A model generated the notes under the pieces. That model worked only from the letters and a program-made list of their open reading frames with translations. It was not told where the DNA came from and searched no databases. Source: Tubiluchus corallicola (lineage: Eukaryota; Animalia; Priapulida). Taken from it: a stretch of 25,929 nt of DNA. The position numbers were made by a program, and so were the translations under genes. The stretch spans positions 1 through 25,929 of the forward strand of contig JAQGDQ010002469.1 of the NCBI GenBank assembly GCA_030141605.1, given 5' to 3'. Below are positions 18,930 through 25,929 of this stretch, piece after piece (the first letter of the stretch is position 1; every line of letters starts with the position of its first letter).

Positions 18930-20480
18930 ATGTGTAATATAATCAGAAAAATTTTACAGCCAAGGAAAGTATATACCTTATTGCTGTTTTGTATAACATT
19001 TAATGCAATGGGGCAGTACCACACAATGTTTAGTTTAGGAGAAATTACTCCAAACCAAAGCTTGCTCCCTCAAAATCAATATGACGCAGGTGGTTTATTG
19101 AAATACCTGTGTTTTCATCTATTAGTGCAAAGAGCATTTAATAGTGCTTTTTCTATGTATGACTACAATAAAAATGGAGGAAGCTGGAGTGATGTTTCAA
19201 GTAAAGTAAAAAATAATTGGGGACAAGCAGTTGGCAATTATCGTGTAAGTCTTGGTGCTGCAGGATTTCGATTGTCGGCAGATGATTATGTTATGTTGTC
19301 ATTTGGGCTTGCTACGCGGGGAGAATTTAGAGCAGCTTACTCAAAGGACTTTATACACATACTTAATGGCAATACAAGTCAAAAGGAATTTGATTTGAGC
19401 GGGACAAGATTTACAGGCAATTATTATCATGAACTTACAGTAGGAGCAACTTACAAAACAGTAGGAGATGTAAAATTAGGGGCAAGAGTGAAGTACTTAA
19501 TGGGGCAAGGAGGTGTAAGAACGAAAAACTCTGATATAACTGTTAGTAACGTATATACAGATGATTTTGTATCGGCACTTGATGTAGATGCTGATGTAGA
19601 AATAAATGTTGCAGGACCTGTGGAGATAGCAGTTGGAAATGATAATGATATTTCAATTGACTTTGATGATATTAGCGCATCTAATTTTATGACATTAAGA
19701 AATCCAGGAGTTGCTATTGATTTTGGTGTGAGTTATGATATAACTGATAAAATCACACTAAAAGGAGAGTTATTAGATTTTGGATTTATTTGGTACACAC
19801 ATGATATAACAACCTTAACATTGAAGGGAAGACATCTCTTCAAGGGAGCGGAGGCTTCTGTTAATAGTGGTAGTTTGGAACTTACTGACGTATTTGATGC
19901 AATGACTCAAGATATTGATGTTCAAACTGAAACAAAAAGATTTACGAATTTTCTTCCAGTAAAAGTGTTAATGGGAGCAGATTATAAATTAGATGATGAC
20001 TGGACTGTTGGGGCATTGATATATAATGTATGGGTAAATAATAGAATATATCCAGAAATCTCATTTTCAGGGAACTACAATTTAAGCGATGCAGTTTCTC
20101 TTAGCGCATCATATTCATATGCTTTAGGAGCTTTATCATTTGATAACATTGGATTAGGTTGTAGAATTAAAACCGATCCAATAACTTTTTATGTAGCGAC
20201 AGATAACATTGTTGCCCCATTTATATTACATAAGACAAAAAATGCAAATATAGAAATAGGAATAATAGGATTAGTATTTGGAAGTTATAATGAAACGGTT
20301 TCTAAGGTAAGTTATAAAAGAGGAACAGGAAGCAGAACACCTCCTACTGGACGACCTTCTTCTGTAACCCCAAGAAGCAGACCAACAGCGACACCTTCAA
20401 GGACGCCGAATACTCGCCCTACTACTACAAGCCCCACTAACAACAGATCAATGCCTATTGGGCGCCCAAGTGGAAGGTAA
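18930..20480 (+). CDS. DUF5723-like outer-membrane beta-barrel with Pro/Thr/Arg-rich C-terminal tail
   Basis: Signal peptide NAMG|Q, YHELTVG, LGARVKYLMG, GVAIDFGVSY, LLDFGFIWY, LPVKVLMGADY, NIGLG and FYVATDN. An apparent compensating -1/+1 indel pair at ~19094-19131 hides FIEIPVFSSISA. Confidence 0.75.
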   Translation: MCNIIRKILQPRKVYTLLLFCITFNAMGQYHTMFSLGEITPNQSLLPQNQYDAGGLLKYLCFHLLVQRAFNSAFSMYDYNKNGGSWSDVSSKVKNNWGQAVGNYRVSLGAAGFRLSADDYVMLSFGLATRGEFRAAYSKDFIHILNGNTSQKEFDLSGTRFTGNYYHELTVGATYKTVGDVKLGARVKYLMGQGGVRTKNSDITVSNVYTDDFVSALDVDADVEINVAGPVEIAVGNDNDISIDFDDISASNFMTLRNPGVAIDFGVSYDITDKITLKGELLDFGFIWYTHDITTLTLKGRHLFKGAEASVNSGSLELTDVFDAMTQDIDVQTETKRFTNFLPVKVLMGADYKLDDDWTVGALIYNVWVNNRIYPEISFSGNYNLSDAVSLSASYSYALGALSFDNIGLGCRIKTDPITFYVATDNIVAPFILHKTKNANIEIGIIGLVFGSYNETVSKVSYKRGTGSRTPPTGRPSSVTPRSRPTATPSRTPNTRPTTTSPTNNRSMPIGRPSGR

Positions 20481-20530
20481 AACATTACACATGTTGTGCT
20501 AACAGCAATGGTGTTCTTATGATATTACTT

Positions 20531-20563
20531 ATGGCAAGGAATTCTCTCCTTGCCATTTTTTTT
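20531..20563 (+). terminator. Intrinsic terminator of the lipoprotein/DUF5723 operon
   Basis: ATGGCAAGGA-attctc-TCCTTGCCAT, a perfect 10-bp stem followed by a T-tract, 50 nt after the stop. Confidence 0.9.
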
Positions 20564-20706
20564 AATATTCTGCAATATACAGGGGCTAACACCAATGCAA
20601 TTTTTGTAGTACCACTTGCAAGCAAGAGAAGGATTGATTATCTTTAAAGCGATGTAGGGGACTTAGAGATGAAAAAAGAAAATCAGCGCAGCAAGAAAGA
20701 AGAAAT

Positions 20707-21849
20707 ATGCAAAAATATATTATAGCTATTATCTGTACTTTTGGTATATATACATTAAAAGCACAAGATAATTCTGCATTTCATATCAAGGATACTATTT
20801 CTCAAGAACATGTTAATAAATTGTTTTTGAGGTTTAACAGTAGTGCTTTTTTTAAAAACAATGAATATTTTAGCAATTTTGCAGACGGTATTACATTTGG
20901 AGGGATGTATGTTCAGCCAATATTACTTTATTATCCTTCGCCTACCACTAAGGTGCATGTGGGCTATCATTTGCTTAAATATGGTGGAAACGAAGGCTTT
21001 TACCAATGCATTCCTTTGATAGGTATACAGCAAAAACTGCATAAAAATGTAGATGTTATTATAGGTAATATTCAAGGTGCATTTGCCCATAGTTTAGAAG
21101 AGCCTTTATATAGGTTTGATAGGGGCTTTGGGTTTTATAATGACAATGTAGAGTATGGTGTACAGTTTTTAATAAACTCACATTACCTAACAGCTGATGC
21201 ATGGGTTAATTGGGAAAAATTCATTTTTGATGGGGCACCTTTCAGAGAGCAGGTGTCGGGTGGTGCAACTGCACAGGTTAAGGTATTAGAGAAAAAAAGC
21301 ATCATACTTTCTCTACCCCTGCAACTTTTTCTCTACCATGAAGGAGGCCAGGTATCCTCTGCATCAACACCTGTTTTTACAGTGCTGAATGCATCATTAG
21401 GATTGGATATTACATATAAACCTAATAACAATAACAAATTAAAACATGTGAGTTTCTCTTCTTTATATATGCCTTATGGGCGTGAAGATTTACAGGATAA
21501 TGAAGAGTACATAAAAAGATACCCATTTGAAACAGGGTGGGGAACATATCAAAAACTAACATTTACTTTTAAACATGTTGAAACTATGTTGGGCTATTGG
21601 AACTCAAATCAATTTATATCTTCAAAGGGAGAGTATTTGTTTTTATCAAACTCCTCTTATTCAGATTTTACCAGTGCAAGAAGAGAATTAATAACAGCCA
21701 AAGTTACGCTATCAAAAAAGTTTTCAAAAGGTGTAAGGGGGATGATTCGATCAGAGGCTTATTATGACCCAATATTTGAGCAATTTGATTTTAATTTTGC
21801 ATTCTACCTGACCTTTAATAAAGATTTTTTTATCAAAAAATTTGACTAA
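20707..21849 (+). CDS. Hypothetical outer-membrane protein, probable beta-barrel
   Basis: Signal peptide TLKA|Q, FFKNNEYF and DAWVNWEKFI, with aromatic-rich alternating strands to the C-terminus. Confidence 0.75.
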   Translation: MQKYIIAIICTFGIYTLKAQDNSAFHIKDTISQEHVNKLFLRFNSSAFFKNNEYFSNFADGITFGGMYVQPILLYYPSPTTKVHVGYHLLKYGGNEGFYQCIPLIGIQQKLHKNVDVIIGNIQGAFAHSLEEPLYRFDRGFGFYNDNVEYGVQFLINSHYLTADAWVNWEKFIFDGAPFREQVSGGATAQVKVLEKKSIILSLPLQLFLYHEGGQVSSASTPVFTVLNASLGLDITYKPNNNNKLKHVSFSSLYMPYGREDLQDNEEYIKRYPFETGWGTYQKLTFTFKHVETMLGYWNSNQFISSKGEYLFLSNSSYSDFTSARRELITAKVTLSKKFSKGVRGMIRSEAYYDPIFEQFDFNFAFYLTFNKDFFIKKFD

Positions 21850-21867
21850 TAATATGTATTTTATCAA

Positions 21868-23252
21868 TTATAAAGGAGTAAGTGCGCTATATAGTAGATG
21901 AGCTACTGTAAAATAAATGACCAACCCCATAATATCTACAGTTGTAGTAATAAAAGGCCCTGAAGACAGAGCAGGGTTTAACCCTAACTTATTAAGTACC
22001 AATGGTATAAGAGTGCCCATTAAAGAAGACAACATAACTACGCAAAGTAGAGCAAAGCTAACGAGAGTGGCTAATTTAATATCGCTTGTAAACAGAATAA
22101 AAATAAATACTAGCAGCGCTAAAGCAATACCATTTAGTAATGCAACGAGAAAACCTTTGATGAGCTTATTGAATGTTCCTTTATTATAAAAAGAGTTTTG
22201 GTTAGCAAGACCTTGCACTATTAGGGCAGAGGATTGTATGCCTACGTTCCACCTGTAGCAGTAATAAGCGGAATAAAAAAAGCTATAGCTGTTATTTTTA
22301 CTAATTCTTCTTCAAAGATTCCTATTACTTTTGATCCCAATATACCGCCAGCTAAGCCAATAATAAGCCAAGGAAGCCTTGACCGTGATATTTTCCAAAT
22401 GGAGTCATCTTCTTCTACATTTTCTGTAATACCAGTCATCAATTGTCGTTCCTCATCTACCAGTTCCTTTATTACGTCCAGTATATCATCTATGGTAATC
22501 CTTCCTAGTAGTTTGTTTTCTACATTAACAACAGGAATAGCATCCAAGTCATACTTTTGCATAATAGAAGCTACCTCTTTTTCATTTTGGTAGGTGAATA
22601 CTGATATCTGCTTTTTTTCATATATATCAGCTATTTTTGTGATGTCATTTGATAGGAGAATCTTTTTTAATGACACGCGACCAAGTAATTCATTATCTCT
22701 ATTTACCACGTAGACAGAGTATATTTTTTTTACATTCTCAGCTTGCCTTTTTATCTCTTTTATGCATTGATCTATGTTCCAATCAATATTGGCTTTTACA
22801 AGTTCTTTTGCCATTAGCCCTCCAGCACAATCCTCTTCATATCGCAATAGTTCCAAGATAAAATGCATTTTTTTTCTATCTTTAATATTGCACAGTGTTT
22901 CTTCTCGCTTTTTTATTGGCAATTCGTTAAGTATATCTACAGCGTCATCTGTTTCTAGCTTTTCTATATATTGAGATATCTGTTTGGCTTCAAATAATTT
23001 AAGAAAGTCCTCCCTTATATCTTGGTCTAAGTTATTAATGATTTTTGCAGCAATCTCATTATCCAATAAGCCTATTACGTACTTTGCATCTTGAGCGTCT
23101 AATTCGTTAAGGAGTGTGGAAATATCTTCAAAAGGCACACCTTGTATACTTTTCTTAATGAAAACGGCATTATTTTCCTCAATAGCTTGAGTTACTTTCT
23201 TTAAAAACTCGTTTGTCAGTTCAAACGGTGTTATTTTTATCTTTTCTGACAT
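21868..23252 (-). pseudogene. mgtE: Magnesium transporter MgtE with a single -1 frameshift at ~22247 (real lesion or read error)
   Basis: MgtE N-domain, CBS pair (AGGLM, LLGRITIDD), RLPWL and GPFITTTVD. The sequence reads GGA AC GTA instead of GGA AAC GTA; adding one A restores TGGNVGIQSS. Confidence 0.93.
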
Positions 23253-24014
23253 GATTTTCTATTTTTGACGTCAAATCAATAAATTCTTGTACAGATAGTT
23301 GTTCCGCTCGTTGTTGTAAAAAACTGTTGTTTTCTATATAAAAGTTCATTGGCAAATTTAATGATTTTAAACAATTTTTCAACGTCTTTCTCCGTTTTTG
23401 AAAACTTTGTTTAACTGTTTTTTTAAATAGGGACTCATCACACGATAGGTGTATGTTTTTTTTTCTTGTCAAGCGTATAACGGCAGAAGTTACTTTTGGA
23501 GGAGGAGAAAATACTTCTGGGGAAACTTCAAATAGGTATTCTCTTCGAAGTATGCCCCCTAATAAAACGCTTAAAACGCCATATATTTTACTTTTTCTTT
23601 CGAACAAATTCGTTGTGCCACTTCTTTTTGTAGCGTACAAACAATTTCAGGTATTTGTTGCTTGTTGTCAAGTACTTTAAAAAATATTTGGCTAGATATA
23701 TTGTAAAGAATTACCCATTAGTATAAACTCACCATTGATATCTTTTGATAAATTCATTTTTAAAAAGTCTCTTTCTATGATATGCAAAGAAGTGTTTGCA
23801 AAGAGTTGTTTTAAAAATGTTACAGCATCTTTATCTATTTCAATGGCAGTTAACAAACCTTTTACTGTTTTTTCAATCAAAAACTGTGTTAAAACGCCTG
23901 TTCCAGGTCCTAATTCTACTATGTGGGAGGTTGGGGAAGATGTGAGGGTAGAATTTACTATTTTTTGTGCAATATTTTTGTCTTTTAAAAAGTGTTGTCC
24001 TAAACTTTTCTTAG
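23221..24014 (-). pseudogene. rsmA: 16S rRNA adenine dimethyltransferase; start codon missing, several indels
   Basis: Manual translation gives KKSLGQHFLKD, VELGPGTGVLT, AIEID, GN-x-YNISSQI (2 nt short at ~23708-23711), QKEVAQRI, a -1 in the run at 23592-23596, then FSPPPKVTSAVI and RRKTL. An in-frame TAG lies at 24016-24018 and there is no start codon. Confidence 0.93.
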
Positions 24015-24023
24015 TCTACCTTT

Positions 24024-25080
24024 AAAAACTAAAGTAACTAGAATGAATGTTGGCCTACTACACCCCAAAAACTAAAGTAACTAGAATGAATGTTGGCTAC
24101 TACACCCAAAACTAAAGTAACTAGGATGAATGTTGGCCTACTACACCCCAAGAACTAAAGTAACTAGAATGAATGTTGGCCTACTACACCCAAAACTAAA
24201 ATAACTAGAATGAATGTTGGCCTACTACACCCCAAAAACTAAAGTAACTAGAATGAATGTTGGCTACTACAGCCAAAACTAAGTAACTAGAATGAATGTT
24301 GACTTACTACACCCCAAAAACTAAAGTAACTAGAATGAATGTTGGCCTGCTACACCCAAAACTAAAGTAACTAGGATGAATGTTGGCCTACTGCACCCCA
24401 AGAACTAAAGTAACTAGAATGAATGTTGACCTACTACACTCAAAACTAAAGTAACTAGAATGAATGTTGGCCTACTACACCCAAAACTAAAATAACTAGA
24501 ATGAATGTTGGCCTACTACACCAAAAACTAAAATAACTAGAATGAATGTTGGCCTACTACACCCCAAAAACTAAAGTAACTAAAATGAATGTTGACTTAC
24601 TGCACCCCAAAAACTAAAGTAACTAGAATGAATGTTGGCCTACTACACCCAAAACTAAAGTAACTAGGATGAATGTTGGCCTACTGCACCCCAAGAACTA
24701 AAGTAACTAGAATGAATGTTGGCCTACTACACCCAAAACTAAAATAACTAGAATTAATGTTGGCCTACTACACCCCAAAAACTAAAGTAACTAGAATGAA
24801 TGTTGGCCTACTACAGCCAAAACTAAGTAACTAGAATGAATGTTGACCTACTATACCCCAAAAACTAAAGTACCTAGAATGAATGTTGGCTACTACACCC
24901 TAAACTATAGTAAATAGAATGCATGTTGGCTACTACACCCAAAACTATAGTAACTAGAATGAATGTTGGCTACTGCACCCCAAAAACTAAAGTAGGCTAA
25001 CTAGACGGAATGTTGGCCTACTGCACCCCAAAATCTATAATAACTAGAATGAATGTTGGTATACTACACTTCAAACACTG
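24024..25080. repeat. Tandem satellite/minisatellite, ~25 copies of a 40-43 bp unit
   Basis: Consensus AAAACTAAAGTAACTAGAATGAATGTTGGCCTACTACACCCCA, head-to-tail with no spacers. Copies decay toward the right end. Confidence 0.97.
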
Positions 25081-25145
25081 AAATAGCTCAAATGAAATAA
25101 CTCGAATGTCTATTTTGATAACGAACAACGAGTCTTTGAAACAGG

Positions 25146-25198
25146 CAACAACAACACCAACAACCACATAATCATCATCAACAACAACAACAACAACA
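25146..25198. repeat. Imperfect (CAA)n/(CAT)n microsatellite
   Basis: CAACAACAACACCAACAACCACATAATCATCATCAACAACAACAACAACAACA. Confidence 0.85.
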
Positions 25199-25929
25199 GT
25201 CCGGTATTTTTATACTAAAACTAAACTAGCAGGATGTTATACTAAAACTAAGAACGTGCCAGCACAGAGAACAACAAACATTATTAATATTACCATGTAT
25301 TTTTTGTTTACAGTTTATTTTGGTGTTTCGAACTCGGACCAGATGCGGTTGAATAACTCCTCAGTAAAACCCTTGGCAGCTCGTATCGCCTCAACAGTTT
25401 ATCATACTAACTGACTAAGACGACTTACAAATCACTCTAAAGATATAACATAAGCTTTTTTATTCATATTACATTAAAATGGTGTACTTACAAATAAAGC
25501 AGGTATAAAGTTATGGCCAAGCCAAGTAACCAGTTGTTTATGTAAATTAGACCCAAAATCCACATGGCTTTTAGACTTCACGCTTCACTGAAAAAAAATC
25601 AATAACAACAACAGCATATCCAGTATTAAAACTCGAGTTTGTAACTAGAAATTATGCCCCTGCATATGAACCTGACCTGTTTTCGTGTCTTTCAATTTCA
25701 GTTTTTCATTTCAAATTTTAAATACTTCTTTAGCTTAGGCGCAGCCTCACTTCTCAATTCCTACATACATTAAAATTTCATTGTATGAGTCATGTATTTA
25801 CAAGTGATCTAATTATTAACCAACTCTGAATATAGTTAATGCGTAATGCTAATGAACTTCAATACCAACTTGAAACGAAATTTTGTAAGTGCAAGTGAAG
25901 TTAACTGAGAACATACCGCGCATACAAAA

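Larger units (their letters stand above)
2460..24014. other. Bacteroidota (Cytophagales-like) chromosomal segment joined to eukaryotic DNA on both sides
   Basis: Intronless, operonic and densely coding, with Bacteroidota-type T9SS genes, TAnnTTTG promoter elements, Gln after predicted signal-peptide cleavage sites and intrinsic terminators. Both ends break inside genes. Confidence 0.9.

Noticed and set aside
14962-23715. Programmed frameshifting or phase variation in purF, mgtE and rsmA
   Set aside because: The runs are short, the indels are multiple and clustered, and they fall in housekeeping genes. Read error or decay is simpler.
3165-24025. Short ORFs antisense to the bacterial genes (e.g. 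3165..3512, 4530..5099, 10329..10826, 17839..18132, 22234..22593, 23735..24025)
   Set aside because: Shadow frames opposite well-supported genes.
2440-24030. Mobile element (ICE, prophage or transposon) as the carrier of the bacterial block
   Set aside because: No integrase, transposase, att sites, terminal repeats or TSD, and the ends fall inside core genes.
24024-25080. Possible CRISPR array
   Set aside because: Units are head-to-tail with no unique spacers, and there are no cas genes in the window.
25315-25398. Minus-strand peptide TVEAIRAAKGFTEELFNRIWSEFETPK*
   Set aside because: It looks protein-like, but has an in-frame stop immediately upstream, no clear splice acceptor and no recognisable homology.

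Overview
The window is a mosaic. About 21.6 kb (~2460-24014) is gene-dense Bacteroidota DNA, most likely Cytophagales-like. It holds truncated hemB, a BNR/sialidase-like lipoprotein, asd, a Gfo/Idh/MocA oxidoreductase, a porE-like gene, an intact porP-gldK-gldL-gldM-gldN type IX secretion/gliding cluster, hemD, purF, a lipoprotein plus DUF5723-like barrel pair, an orphan outer-membrane protein, mgtE and truncated rsmA. Both flanks look like animal nuclear DNA. The left flank has a spliced terminal exon matching the C-terminus of ICA1/ICA69, a 299-bp hAT-type MITE with a perfect 8-bp target-site duplication, and further exon-like pieces. The right flank has a ~42-bp satellite of ~25 copies and a (CAA)n microsatellite. 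Both junctions cut through a bacterial housekeeping gene. The internal lesions I found are 1-2 nt indels, nearly all in short base runs, and I saw no nonsense substitutions. This is either a recent bacterium-to-animal nuclear insertion, possibly inside the ICA1 gene, or a host/symbiont assembly chimera. The sequence alone cannot separate the two. All family assignments come from recalled motifs, not database searches.
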